From Candidatus Eiseniibacteriota bacterium (GTDB lineage: Bacteria > Eisenbacteria > RBG-16-71-46): DNA of 64,000 nt. Every line of letters begins with the position of its first letter. Within the stretch, counting starts at the first letter, position 1. The position numbers and the translations under genes are program-made. This document shows, in pieces, positions 54,153 through 64,000 of the stretch. Under the pieces are notes generated by a model, which did not search any database, was not told where the DNA came from, and saw only the letters and a list, made by a program, of their open reading frames with translations. The stretch lies in NCBI GenBank assembly GCA_963717935.1, contig CAVQXP010000002.1:384001-448000 (forward strand), given 5' to 3'.

Positions 54153-57100
54153 ATGCTCCCCACCGGTCCCTTCCGGCTGGCGTTCTGCCCTGCCCTGGTG
54201 GTCCTTCTTCTCGTCCTTACCTCCCTGTCTCCGCCCCACGCCCACGCCATCTCGATCCACACGCTCTTCACGCCGACCGGTGCCGCCGCGTACGACCAGT
54301 TCGGCCTCTCGGTCGCCGGGGCGGGCGACGTCAACGGGGATGGCTACGACGATGTCATCGTCGGGGCCCTCTACAACGACGCGGGCGGGACGTATGCCGG
54401 CCGTGCCTACGTCTATTTCGGCGGACCGGGCGCGGACGCCGTCGCCGACCTCACCCTGGCCGGCGCCGCCGGGGACGACTACTTCGGCCACTCGGTCGCC
54501 GGGGCGGGGGACGTGAACGGGGATGGCTACGGCGATGTCATCGTCGGGGCCCACGGGAACGACGCGGGCGGGACGAACGCCGGCCGTGCGTACGTCTATT
54601 TCGGGGGTCCGGGCGCGGACGCCAGCGCCGACCTCATCCTGACCGGCGCCGCCGCGGGCGACAACTTCGGCTACTCGGTCGCCGGGGCGGGGGACGTCAA
54701 CGGGGATGGCTACGGCGATGTCATCGTCGGGGCCCTCTACAACGACGCGGGCGAGTCGGACGCCGGCCGCGCGTACGTGTACTACGGGGGCCCGGGTGCG
54801 GACGCCGTCGCCGACCTCACCCTGACCGGCGCCGCCGCGTCCGACTACCTCGGCACCTCGGTTGCCGGGGCGGGGGACGTCAACGGGGATGGCTACGGCG
54901 ATGTCATCGTCGGGGCCAGCAGCGACGACGCGGGCGGGGCGGACGCCGGCCGCGCGTACGTGTACTACGGGGGCCCGGGCGCGGACGCCGTCGCCGACCT
55001 CACCCTGACCGGCGCCGCCGTTGGCGACTACTTCGGCTACTCGGTCGCCGGGGCGGGGGACGTGAACGGGGATGGCTACGGCGATGTCATCGCCGGGGCC
55101 CTCTACAACGACGCGGGTGGGGCGAACGCCGGCCGTGCGTACGTGTACTACGGGGGCCCGGGCGCGGACGCCGTCGCCGACCTCACCCTGACCGGCGCCA
55201 CGGGCGACTACCTCGGCCACTCGGTCGCCGGGGCGGGCGACGTGAACGGGGATGGCTACGGCGATGTCATCGTCGGGGCCCCCTTCAACGACGCGGGCGG
55301 GGGGGACGCCGGCCGTGCGTACGTCCATTTCGGGGGCCCGGGCGCGGACGCCGTCGCCGACCTCACCCTGACCGGCGCCGCCGCGTCCGACTACTTCGGC
55401 CGCTCGGTCGCCGGGGCGGGGGACGTCAACGGGGATGGCTACGGCGACGTCATCGTCGGGGCGAACGGCAACGACGCGGGCGGGACGGACGCCGGCCGGG
55501 CGTACGTGGCGACGGCCTATCCGTACAATGTGCTGTCTCCCAACGGTGGTGAGCAGTGGGTGGCGGGCACGACGGCGACGGTGCGCTGGCTGGGACCCGA
55601 CGTGGCGGACATCGCCGTCTCGATGGACGGTGGGGCGAGCTACAGCACGCTGGCGAGCGGCGTGGGCGGGGCAACGGAGAACGAATTCCCGATCACGGTG
55701 CCGGGGATCGCGACCGAGTTCGGCAAGGTCCGACTGAGCCAGACGGGGCTGACGGTGGAACGTTTGACCTCGGACGCGAGCGACGGGGTGTTCCGAATCG
55801 TGCTGCCGCACGCTCCACCGGCGGCGGCGAGTGCGCTGGCCTGCACGCCGACCGGTGCCGCCGCGTCCGACAACTTCGGCAACTCGGTCGCCGGGGCGGG
55901 GGACGTCAACGGGGATGGCTACGGCGATGTCATCATCGGGGCCAACAACAACGACGCGGGCGGGACGAACGCGGGCCGGGCGTACGTGTACTTCGGGGGC
56001 CCGGGCGCGGACGCCGCCGCCGACCTCACTCTGACGGGTGTTGCCGCGTATGACTACTTCGGGTACTCGGTCGCGGGGGCGGGGGACGTGGACGGGGATG
56101 GCTTTGGTGATGTCCTCGTCGGGGCCTACTCCAACGACGCGGGCGCGATGGACGCCGGCCAGGCGTACGTCTACCTCGGGGGACCGGGCGCGGACGCGGT
56201 CGCCGACCTCACCCTGACCGGCGCTGCCACGGGCGACCAGTTCGGCCGCTCGGTCGCCGGGGCGGGGGACGTCAACGGGGATGGCTATGGCGATGTCATC
56301 GTCGGGGCCGAGCGCGACGCCGCGGGCGGGATGTACGCGGGTCGTGCCTACGTGTACTACGGTGGTCCTGGCGCGGACGCCAGCGCCGACCTCACCCTGA
56401 CCGGCGCCGCCACGGGCGACAACTTCGGCACCTCGGTCGCCGGGGCGGGGGACGTCAACGGGGATGGCTACGACGATGTCATCGTCGGGGCCTGCTACAA
56501 CGACGCGGGCGGGACGGACGCCGGCCGTGCGTACGTGTACTTCGGGGGACCAGGTGCCGACGCGGTCGCCGACCTCACCCTGACCGGCGCCGCCGCGCTC
56601 GACTACTTCGGCAACTCGGTGGCCGGGGCGGGGGACGTCAACGGGGACGGCTACGACGATGTCATCGTCGGGGCCTACCACAACGGCGCAAGCGGGACGG
56701 AAGCCGGCCGGGCCTACGTCTACTTCGGGGGACCTGGCGCCGACGCCGTCGCCGACCTCACCCTGACGGGCGCGGCCGTTGGCGACATGTTCGGCCGCTC
56801 GGTCGCGGGGGCGGGGGACGTCAACGGGGACGGCTACGGCGATGTCATCGTCGGGGCCTACCACAACAGCGCAAGCGGGATGTACGCCGGCCGGGCGTAC
56901 GTGTACTTCGGCGGTCCCGGAGCCGACGCCGTCGCCGACCTCATCGTGACCGGCGCCGCCGCGCTCGACTACTTCGGCTGCTCGGTGGCCGGGGCGGGCG
57001 ACATCACCGGGGATGGCTTCGGCGATGTCATCGTCGGGGCGTACGGCAACGACGCGGGCGGGTCGAGCGCCGGCCGGGCGTACGTGTACGACTGCAACCG

Positions 57101-57956
57101 CTACTTCGTGACCACGCCCAACGGTGGCGAGACCTGGAACGTGGGTGCGACGCAGACCGTCTCGTGGCTGGGCGCGGAGCCGGCCGACCTGTGGCTGTCG
57201 ACCGACAACGGCGGCACGTACGGGCTGCTGCGCAGTGAGGTGGGCGGCTCGGAGAGCAACGCCCTGGCGCTGCTGGTCCCGCACCAGCCGACCCGCTTCG
57301 CCCGCATCCGTCTGACGCCGCACGACGGCGGCGTGAAGGGGGTGGGTGAGTCGGATTCGTCGTTCACCATCCAGTCGAGCGTCGAACTGCTGTCGCTGGT
57401 GGCGACGCTGGAGCCCGCGGGCGGGGCCACGCTGGCCTGGTCGAGCGAGCCCGCGGTGGGGCCCGGGGGGCTGGCCGGCTACCGGGTCTATCGGCTGGCG
57501 GACGGCGAGACGGGCAGTGGCACACGCGTCGGCGAGGAGCTGATCGTGACGACGACCTATCACGACGCGGGCGGCGCCGCGGGCAGTACGTACCGGCTGA
57601 TCGCGGTGAACGGGCTGGCGGAGGAGCTGGAGCTGGGCCGGGTCACGGTGGCCGGCATGGTGACAGGGCTGCAGGCGTGGCCGTCGCCACTGCCGGCAGG
57701 CGGCGAGCTGCAGGTCCGCTTCGGGGTGCCGCTGGCGGCTCCGGGCTATCCGGCGACGGATCTGGATGTGGGGCTGTTCGACCTGGCGGGCCGTCGTGTG
57801 GCGACGCTGGCGCGCGGCCTGCAGGTGACGAGCACGGGGGTGGCGAGCCTGCGCTGGAACCCGCGGGGCTCGGCGGGCCCGGGCATCTACTTCCTGCGGG
57901 TGACGGCGCCGAGCGTGAACTTCAAACTCGAGAGGAAAGTGGTGGTGATCCCATGA
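54153..57956 (+). CDS. Secreted double FG-GAP (integrin-alpha-like) beta-propeller protein with Ig-like linkers and T9SS-CTD/FlgD-like C-terminus
   Basis: SD GGAGG; signal peptide; 7+7 repeats FGxSVAGAGDVNGDGYGDVIVGA..AGRAYVY; (S/T)PNGGE.W domains; C-term PSP..DLAGRRV..PGIYFLR. Confidence 0.92.
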   Translation: MLPTGPFRLAFCPALVVLLLVLTSLSPPHAHAISIHTLFTPTGAAAYDQFGLSVAGAGDVNGDGYDDVIVGALYNDAGGTYAGRAYVYFGGPGADAVADLTLAGAAGDDYFGHSVAGAGDVNGDGYGDVIVGAHGNDAGGTNAGRAYVYFGGPGADASADLILTGAAAGDNFGYSVAGAGDVNGDGYGDVIVGALYNDAGESDAGRAYVYYGGPGADAVADLTLTGAAASDYLGTSVAGAGDVNGDGYGDVIVGASSDDAGGADAGRAYVYYGGPGADAVADLTLTGAAVGDYFGYSVAGAGDVNGDGYGDVIAGALYNDAGGANAGRAYVYYGGPGADAVADLTLTGATGDYLGHSVAGAGDVNGDGYGDVIVGAPFNDAGGGDAGRAYVHFGGPGADAVADLTLTGAAASDYFGRSVAGAGDVNGDGYGDVIVGANGNDAGGTDAGRAYVATAYPYNVLSPNGGEQWVAGTTATVRWLGPDVADIAVSMDGGASYSTLASGVGGATENEFPITVPGIATEFGKVRLSQTGLTVERLTSDASDGVFRIVLPHAPPAAASALACTPTGAAASDNFGNSVAGAGDVNGDGYGDVIIGANNNDAGGTNAGRAYVYFGGPGADAAADLTLTGVAAYDYFGYSVAGAGDVDGDGFGDVLVGAYSNDAGAMDAGQAYVYLGGPGADAVADLTLTGAATGDQFGRSVAGAGDVNGDGYGDVIVGAERDAAGGMYAGRAYVYYGGPGADASADLTLTGAATGDNFGTSVAGAGDVNGDGYDDVIVGACYNDAGGTDAGRAYVYFGGPGADAVADLTLTGAAALDYFGNSVAGAGDVNGDGYDDVIVGAYHNGASGTEAGRAYVYFGGPGADAVADLTLTGAAVGDMFGRSVAGAGDVNGDGYGDVIVGAYHNSASGMYAGRAYVYFGGPGADAVADLIVTGAAALDYFGCSVAGAGDITGDGFGDVIVGAYGNDAGGSSAGRAYVYDCNRYFVTTPNGGETWNVGATQTVSWLGAEPADLWLSTDNGGTYGLLRSEVGGSESNALALLVPHQPTRFARIRLTPHDGGVKGVGESDSSFTIQSSVELLSLVATLEPAGGATLAWSSEPAVGPGGLAGYRVYRLADGETGSGTRVGEELIVTTTYHDAGGAAGSTYRLIAVNGLAEELELGRVTVAGMVTGLQAWPSPLPAGGELQVRFGVPLAAPGYPATDLDVGLFDLAGRRVATLARGLQVTSTGVASLRWNPRGSAGPGIYFLRVTAPSVNFKLERKVVVIP

Positions 57957-60895
57957 AGACCAGCACGGGTGCATTCCGTACGACCGCATGGCTTGGCCTG
58001 ATGGGTCTGTGTCTCGTGCTTGCCTCTCTGGCTCCGGGATCCGCCCACGCCATCTCGAGCCGCACACTCTTTACGCCGACCGGCGCCGCCGCGCTCGACT
58101 ACCTGGGCTACTCGGTCGCCGGGGCGGGGGACGTCAACGGTGATGGCTACGGCGATGTCATCGTCGGGGCCTATGCCAACGACGCGGGCGGGGCGAGCGC
58201 CGGCCGTGCGTACGTGTACTACGGGGGCCCGGGCGTGGACGCCAGCGCCGACCTCATCCTGACCGGCGCGGTCGCGGGCGACAACTTCGGCTTCTCGGTC
58301 GCTGGGGCGGGCGACGTCAACGGGGATGGCTACGGCGATGTCATCGTCGGGGCCCTCTACAACGACGCGGGCGGGTCGAGCGCCGGCCGGGCCTACGTCT
58401 ACTTCGGGGGCCCGGGCGTGGACGCCAGCGCCGACCTCATCCTGACCGGCGCGGCCGCGGGCGACGGCTTCGGCATCTCGGTGGCCGGGGCGGGGGACGT
58501 CAACGGGGATGGCTACGGCGATGTCATCGTCGGGGCCTATGCCAACGACGCGGGCGGGGTGGATGCCGGCCGTGCGTACGTGTACTTCGGGGGCCCGGGC
58601 GCGGACGCCGTCGCCGACCTCACCCTGACCGGTGCGACCGCGTCCGACTACTTCGGCATCTCGGTGGCCGGGGCGGGGGACGTCAACGGGGACGGCTACG
58701 GCGATGTCATCGTCGGGGCTAGAGGCAACGACGCGGGCGGGACGGACGCCGGCCGCGCCTACGTGTACTTCGGGGGCCCGGGCGCGGACGCCGTCGCCGA
58801 CCTCACCCTGACCGGCGCCGCCACGGGCGACTTCTTCGGCCACTCGGTTGCCGGGGCGGGGGACGTCAACGGGGATGGCTACGGCGATGTGATTGTCGGG
58901 GCCTACTACAACGATGCGGGTGGGACGAACGCCGGCCGTGCGTACGTGTACTACGGGGGACCGGGTGCGGACGCCGTCGCCGACCTCACCCTGACCGGCG
59001 CCGCCGCGGGCGACGAGTTCGGCACCTCGGTCGCCGGGGCGGGGGACGTCAACGGGGACGGCTACGGCGATGTCATCGTCGGGGCCAGAGGCAACGACGC
59101 GGGCGGGACGGACGCCGGCCGCGCCTACGTGTACTTCGGGGGCCCGGGCGCGGACGCCATCGCCGACCTCACCCTGACCGGCGCCGCCGCGTACGACGAC
59201 TTCGGCCACTCGGTCGCGGGGGCGGGGGACGTCAACGGGGATGGCTACGGTGATGTCATCGTCGGTGCTAGCGGCAACAACGCGGGCGGGACGGACGCCG
59301 GCCGGGCGTACGTGACGGCGATCTATACGTACATGGTGCTGTCGCCGAACGGTGGTGAGCAGTGGGTGGCGGGCGCGACGGCGACGGTGCACTGGCTGGG
59401 ACACGACGTAGCGGACATCGCCGTCTCGACCAACGGCGGGGCGAGCTACAGCACGCTGGTGAGCGGCGTGGGCGGTGACGAGCAGAACGAATTCCCGATC
59501 ATCGTGCCGGGGCCGGCCACGGACCTGGCGCGGGTCCGACTGAGCCGGACGGGGCTGACGGTGCAGCGCTCGACCTCCGACGCCAGCGACGGGGTGTTCC
59601 GGATCGTGCTGCCGCACGCTCCACCGGCGGTGGCGAGTGCGCTGGCCTGCACGCCGACCGGCACCGCCGCGGGCGACTACTTCGGCCGCTCGGTCGCCGG
59701 GGCGGGGGACGTCAACGGGGATGGCTACGGTGATGTCATCGTCGGGGCCCACCACAACGACGCGGGCGGGACGGACGCCGGCCGTGCGTACGTGTACTAC
59801 GGGGGCCCGGGCGCGGACGCCATCGCCGACCTGACCCTGACCGGCGCGGACGCGAGCGACTACTTCGGGTGGTCGGTCGCCGGAGCGGGCGATGTCAACG
59901 GGGATGGCTATGGCGACGTGATCGTCGGGGCCTACGGGAACGACAAGGACGGGGTGGACGCCGGCCGGGCGTACGTGTACTACGGGGGCCCGGGCGCGGA
60001 CGCCGTCGCCGACCTCACCCTGACCGGCGCGGCCGCGGGCGACGGTTTCGGCTACTCGGTCGCCGGGGCGGGCGACGTCAACGGGGATGGCTACGGCGAT
60101 GTCATCGTCGGGGCCTATGGCAACGACGCGGGCGGGGCGGAGGCCGGGCGGGCGTACGTGTACTACGGGGGCCCGGGCGCCGACGCCGTGGCCGACCTCA
60201 CCCTGACCGGCGCCACCGCGGGCGACTTGTTCGGCAGTTCGGTCGCCGGGGCTGGCGATGTCAACGGGGATGGCTATGGCGATGTCATCGTCGGGGCCTA
60301 CAGCAACGACGCGGGCGGGACGAACGTCGGCCGGGCCTATGTGTACTTCGGGGGACCGGGTGCCGACGCCAGCGCCGACCTCACCCTGGCGGGTGCGGCC
60401 GCGGGCGACGACTTCGGCAACTCGGTCGCCGGGGCGGGCGACGTTAACGGGGATGGCTATGGCGATGTCATCGCCGGGGCCTACAGCAACGACGCGGGCG
60501 GGACGAACGCCGGCCGGGCCTATGTGTACTTCGGGGGCCCGGGTGCGGACGCCGTTGCCGACCTCACCCTGACCGGTGCGGCCGCGTACGACTACTTCGG
60601 CCGCTCGGTCGCCGGGGCGGGGGACGTCAACGGGGATGGCTACGGCGATGTCGTCGTCGGGGCGAACGGCAACGACGCGGGCGGGATGGGCGCCGGCCGG
60701 GCGTACGTCTATTTCGGGGGACCGGGCGCGGACGCCGTCGCCGACCTCACCCTGACCGGTGCCTTGGGCGACTCGTTCGGCTACTCGGTCACCGGGGCGG
60801 GGGACGTCAACGGGGATGGCTACGGCGATGTCATCGTCGGCGCCTATCTCAACGACGCGGCCGGGACGGACGCCGGCCGGGCGTACGTCTACGAC
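54270..60895 (+). repeat. Four intragenic tandem arrays of ~183-bp FG-GAP units (7 units each, 28 total)
   Basis: Unit period 183 bp (e.g. tcggtcgccgggg at 54309 and 54492); blocks approx 54270-55510, 55845-57090, 58070-59315, 59650-60895. Confidence 0.9.
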
Positions 60896-61756
60896 TGCAA
60901 CCGCTACTTCGTGACCACGCCCAACGGCGGCGAGACCTGGAACGTCGGTGCCACGCAGACCGTGTCGTGGCTGGGCGCGGAGCCAGCCGACCTGTGGCTG
61001 TCGGTGGACGGGGGGCGCACGTACGACCTGCTCGAGAGCACCGTGGGCGGCAAGGAGTCGAACGCATTCTCCATGCGTGTGCCGCATGCGCCGACGCGGT
61101 TCGCGCGGGTGAAGGTGACGCCGCACGACCAGGCGATCCCGGGCAGCGACAAGAGCGACTCGCTCTTCACGATCCAGTCGAGCGTCGAACTGCTGTCGCT
61201 GGTGGCGGCGCTGGCGCCCGAGGGCGGGACGACGCTGGCGTGGTCGAGCGAGCCCGCGGTGGGGCCCGACGGGCTGGCCGGCTACCGGCTCTACCGGCTG
61301 GCGGACGGCGAGACGGGCAGTGGCACGCGCGTCGGCGAGGAGCTGATCGTGACGACGACCTATCACGACGCGGGCGGCGCCGCGGGCAGCACCTACCGTC
61401 TGATCGCGGTGAACGGGCTGGCGGAGGAGCTGGAGCTGGGCCGGGTCACGGTGGCCGGCATGGTGACAGGGCTGCAGGCGTGGCCGTCGCCGCTGCCGGC
61501 GGGCGGCGAGCTGCAGGTCCGCTTCGCAGTGCCGGCGGCGGCGGGCTTCCCGGCGACGGACCTGGATGTGGGGCTGTTCGACCTGGCGGGTCGTCGTGTG
61601 GCGACGCTGGCGCACGGACCGCGGGCCTCGAGCAGCGGCGTGGTGAGTCTGCGCTGGAGCCCGCGGGGGTCGGTCGGGGCGGGCATCTACTTCCTGCGGG
61701 TCCTGGCGCCAAGTGCGAACGTCAGACTCCAGAAGAGGGTGGTGGTGATCCGATGA
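57953..61756 (+). CDS. Paralogous secreted double FG-GAP beta-propeller protein with T9SS-CTD/FlgD-like C-terminus
   Basis: ATGA overlap with upstream paralog; same 7+7 architecture; near-identical C-terminal region. Confidence 0.92.
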   Translation: MKTSTGAFRTTAWLGLMGLCLVLASLAPGSAHAISSRTLFTPTGAAALDYLGYSVAGAGDVNGDGYGDVIVGAYANDAGGASAGRAYVYYGGPGVDASADLILTGAVAGDNFGFSVAGAGDVNGDGYGDVIVGALYNDAGGSSAGRAYVYFGGPGVDASADLILTGAAAGDGFGISVAGAGDVNGDGYGDVIVGAYANDAGGVDAGRAYVYFGGPGADAVADLTLTGATASDYFGISVAGAGDVNGDGYGDVIVGARGNDAGGTDAGRAYVYFGGPGADAVADLTLTGAATGDFFGHSVAGAGDVNGDGYGDVIVGAYYNDAGGTNAGRAYVYYGGPGADAVADLTLTGAAAGDEFGTSVAGAGDVNGDGYGDVIVGARGNDAGGTDAGRAYVYFGGPGADAIADLTLTGAAAYDDFGHSVAGAGDVNGDGYGDVIVGASGNNAGGTDAGRAYVTAIYTYMVLSPNGGEQWVAGATATVHWLGHDVADIAVSTNGGASYSTLVSGVGGDEQNEFPIIVPGPATDLARVRLSRTGLTVQRSTSDASDGVFRIVLPHAPPAVASALACTPTGTAAGDYFGRSVAGAGDVNGDGYGDVIVGAHHNDAGGTDAGRAYVYYGGPGADAIADLTLTGADASDYFGWSVAGAGDVNGDGYGDVIVGAYGNDKDGVDAGRAYVYYGGPGADAVADLTLTGAAAGDGFGYSVAGAGDVNGDGYGDVIVGAYGNDAGGAEAGRAYVYYGGPGADAVADLTLTGATAGDLFGSSVAGAGDVNGDGYGDVIVGAYSNDAGGTNVGRAYVYFGGPGADASADLTLAGAAAGDDFGNSVAGAGDVNGDGYGDVIAGAYSNDAGGTNAGRAYVYFGGPGADAVADLTLTGAAAYDYFGRSVAGAGDVNGDGYGDVVVGANGNDAGGMGAGRAYVYFGGPGADAVADLTLTGALGDSFGYSVTGAGDVNGDGYGDVIVGAYLNDAAGTDAGRAYVYDCNRYFVTTPNGGETWNVGATQTVSWLGAEPADLWLSVDGGRTYDLLESTVGGKESNAFSMRVPHAPTRFARVKVTPHDQAIPGSDKSDSLFTIQSSVELLSLVAALAPEGGTTLAWSSEPAVGPDGLAGYRLYRLADGETGSGTRVGEELIVTTTYHDAGGAAGSTYRLIAVNGLAEELELGRVTVAGMVTGLQAWPSPLPAGGELQVRFAVPAAAGFPATDLDVGLFDLAGRRVATLAHGPRASSSGVVSLRWSPRGSVGAGIYFLRVLAPSANVRLQKRVVVIR

Positions 61757-62854
61757 AGCGCCTGGCGGGGATCCTGTTCGGCTGCGCGCTGGCCGGCCTG
61801 CTGCTCGCCGGCCCCGCGCGAGCCGTGACGCTGTTCGGCCTGCTCGACACGGGTGAACTGTACGCGAGCGCCGACGGCGGGGTGACGTGGAGCATCCGCG
61901 CCACGCTGCCGGTGCGCGACGCGGTGGCTCTGGTCGCGCGCGAGTCCAGCACGGAGCTGCTGCTCGCCTCGGCAGAGCGGCTCGATCTATGCGTCGGGCG
62001 ATGCGGGGGCGAGCTGGGTTGCGGTCGCGGCCGTGCCGGCCTCGGACGTGGCGGCGCTCGGTGGCGCGCCCGGCCTCTGCCTGCTGCTGACCGAAAGCGG
62101 GAGCGTGTATCGGTCCACCGACACCGGAGTGACCTGGGTGGGGGTGGGCGCGATCACGGCCTCCGACCTGACGAGCGTCGCGCGGCTGAACGGCGCGTGG
62201 TACGCGCTGGCGCGCACGGGTGGTGTCTACCGCTCGCAGGACGACGGGGCGACCTGGACGGCGGTGGCCGCCATCACCACGTCGGAGGCGGTCGAGCTGG
62301 TGGCGTACGTTGGGAGGCTGTACGCCATCAGTGCGAGCGGTGACGCGTACGAGAGCCAGGACGCCGGCGTGAGCTTCGCGGCGGTGGGCACGCTGTCGCA
62401 CGTGGGGACGAGCGCGCTGGCGGCCAGCGAGGGGGAGTTGGTGGCGGGGCTGGAGACCGGGGAGACGGCGGCGAGCAGCGGCGCGACGAGCTGGACCTGG
62501 CGCGGGACGATCAACCAGCTGAGGCTGCGCGCGCTGGCGACGGACATCCCCACGACGACCGGCGTGGCGATGCCCGGGGAGGTGGTGCTGGCGTTGCGGA
62601 CGCCGTACCCGAACCCGGCGACGAGCGCGGTGCGGCTGGCGCTGGACCTGGCGCGGGAGAGCGTCGTGACGCTGAGCGTGCACGACGTCGCGGGTCGCGA
62701 GGTGGCGCGGCCGATCGCGGGTGAGCTGCTGGCGGCCGGGAGGGTGACGCGGTTGTGGCGACCGGAGGGGCTGCGGCCGGGCGTGTACGTGGTGCGCGCG
62801 ACCGCGGACGGCGCGGCTCTCACGCGCCGGCTGGTCTGGCTGGGCGGGCGGTAG
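61753..62854 (+). CDS. Secreted BNR/Asp-box propeller protein with T9SS-CTD-like C-terminus (frameshift near 61975)
   Basis: Signal peptide; SADGGVTW, STDTGVTW, SQDDGATW Asp-boxes; C-term YPNP..DVAGREV..PGVYVVR. Confidence 0.8.
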
Positions 62855-62960
62855 TTCCACACGGGTGAAGTGATGGCCCGGTCCCGCGTGGGGCCGGGCC
62901 GAACACCTGGACGCGGGCGTTGCCGTGGCCCAATCGGCGGGCCCGCCCGTGTGCGCCTGC

Positions 62961-63917
62961 CTAACGAGCCGTCCCCGCCATGGGGTGGAAGTCGCCGGTC
63001 AGTCCGACGGCGTGCGAGGTCCGGATGCGATGCGCCATCTCGATCGCCGGGCGCGCGTCGCGGATGCCGAAGCCCCGGCCCGCCAGCAGCTCGCGGTAGC
63101 AGGCGGTGTGCAGGTCGGCGAACCCCTCGGAGAACTCGACCGCCTTACCGTCCAGGGTGAGGGCGCGGAAGGTGGTCTTGCCCGCGGCCGCGGCCGGCAG
63201 GTCGGCCCGGTCGAGAGACAGGAACCAGCGCACGCGCGCCCGCTCCAGTTCCAGGAAGCCCGCCATCTTGTCGGGCTTCGCCAGGTGGACCCGCTGATCG
63301 CGCAGTGGCCCGAAGATCCAGGCGAGCATGTCGAAGAAGTGGATGCCGATGTTGGTGCCGATGCCGCCGGAGCGGCTCTCGTCGCCCTTCCACGAGACGA
63401 AGTACCACGGGCCCCGCGACGTGATGTAGGTGAGGTCGAGGTCGTGGATGCGGTCGGCCGGCTCCGCCGCGATGCGCCGGCGCAGGTCCGCGATCGCGGG
63501 GTGCAGGCGAAGCTGCAGCAACGCATGGACGCGCCGCTCGTACTCCGTCTCCAGCTCCTCGAGCGCATCGAGGTTCCAGGGGTTGAGCACCAGGGGCTTC
63601 TCGCAGAGCACGTCGGCATGGATGCGCAGCGCGAAGCGGATGTGCGCGTCGTGCAGGTAGTTCGGGGAGCAGATCGAGACGACGTGGATGCGCTGCTCCG
63701 GCTCCATGCGACGCAGCTTCTCCGCGTGGCGGTCGAAGCGCTCGAAGTCGACGAAGAAGCGGGCCTGCGGGAAGTAGCGGTCGAGGATGCCCACGGAATC
63801 CGACGGGTCCAGGGCGGCGACCAGCCGCTGGCCGGTGTCGTGGATGGCCTGCAGGTGCCGCGGGGCGATGTAACCCGCCGCGCCGGTGAGCGCGAAGTTG
63901 CGAGGAGACGTGTCCAT
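62961..63917 (-). CDS. wbpB: UDP-GlcNAcA 3-dehydrogenase WbpB/WlbA-type (Gfo/Idh/MocA family)
   Basis: FALTGAAGYIAPRHL.AI, DSVGILD.YFP, SICSPNYLHDAH, CEKPLVLNP, YITSRG.WY..SWKGD..RSGG..TNIGIHFFD. Confidence 0.88.
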   Translation of the reverse strand: MDTSPRNFALTGAAGYIAPRHLQAIHDTGQRLVAALDPSDSVGILDRYFPQARFFVDFERFDRHAEKLRRMEPEQRIHVVSICSPNYLHDAHIRFALRIHADVLCEKPLVLNPWNLDALEELETEYERRVHALLQLRLHPAIADLRRRIAAEPADRIHDLDLTYITSRGPWYFVSWKGDESRSGGIGTNIGIHFFDMLAWIFGPLRDQRVHLAKPDKMAGFLELERARVRWFLSLDRADLPAAAAGKTTFRALTLDGKAVEFSEGFADLHTACYRELLAGRGFGIRDARPAIEMAHRIRTSHAVGLTGDFHPMAGTAR

Positions 63918-64000
63918 GGATCCTCTCTGCGGCTGCACGTGAGCCCGACCGGCGGCTCGGGGGCATCGGGACGAAACCGGGCCGCAATCCTACCTCATCG

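Noticed and set aside
51230..60895. CRISPR array
   Set aside because: Repeats are 162/183-bp in-frame coding units without unique spacers; no cas genes
54153..61756. Diversity-generating retroelement acting on FG-GAP repeats
   Set aside because: No reverse transcriptase or non-coding template repeat in the window; variable codons include CAG, ATG, GAG, TTG, TGG, and NNC bias is expected at this GC content
54099..62860. Very long minus-strand ORFs (1322 and 1657 aa) and similar antisense ORFs elsewhere
   Set aside because: Antisense shadows of GC-rich, codon-biased repeat genes; no recognisable motifs
46230..63000. Genomic island, prophage or IS element
   Set aside because: No integrase, transposase, phage gene, tRNA or flanking direct repeats seen; only gene-level composition shifts

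Overview
Very GC-rich diderm bacterial chromosome segment. I infer a Ca. Eisenbacteria-like or FCB-adjacent lineage from the T9SS/FlgD-like C-terminal domains, a TWGxxKxLY C-terminal tail and a TPR-sigma54 activator. Many conserved genes carry 1-bp frameshifts, most likely long-read indel errors. 1-46 kb is mostly core genes: panC, HIT, LytR_C, tatA, SurA/PpiD, a PAS kinase + NtrC-type pair, uvrA, rtcB, sdh/frd (order A-C-D-B), IF-2B-like, otsB-like, radical SAM-rng, rplU-rpmA, kdsB-pyrG-kdsA-kdsC-kdsD, lptC-lptB-rpoN-hpf-hprK-mannose-type PTS-HPr-EI-pgi/pmi-nucleotidyltransferase-metK, ydeI, nitroreductase and an M16 peptidase pair. 46-63 kb is accessory: a TPR-sigma54 activator, an OYE reductase, a mini-TonB, five secreted beta-propeller proteins with C-terminal sorting-like domains, and wbpB. 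Best novelty candidates: (1) an unannotated 22-aa lysine-repeat histone-like micropeptide (6871-6939) with a perfect SD, behind a sigma54 promoter and palindromic sites right after the two-component pair; (2) a 9-codon Trp/Pro peptide with a strong SD in front of a TPR-bEBP whose sensor half is compositionally distinct; (3) paired double FG-GAP propellers whose 28 near-identical blades vary only at a few positions, in a cluster using two different C-terminal signals. No rRNA, tRNA, CRISPR, integrase, transposase or RT was recognised.
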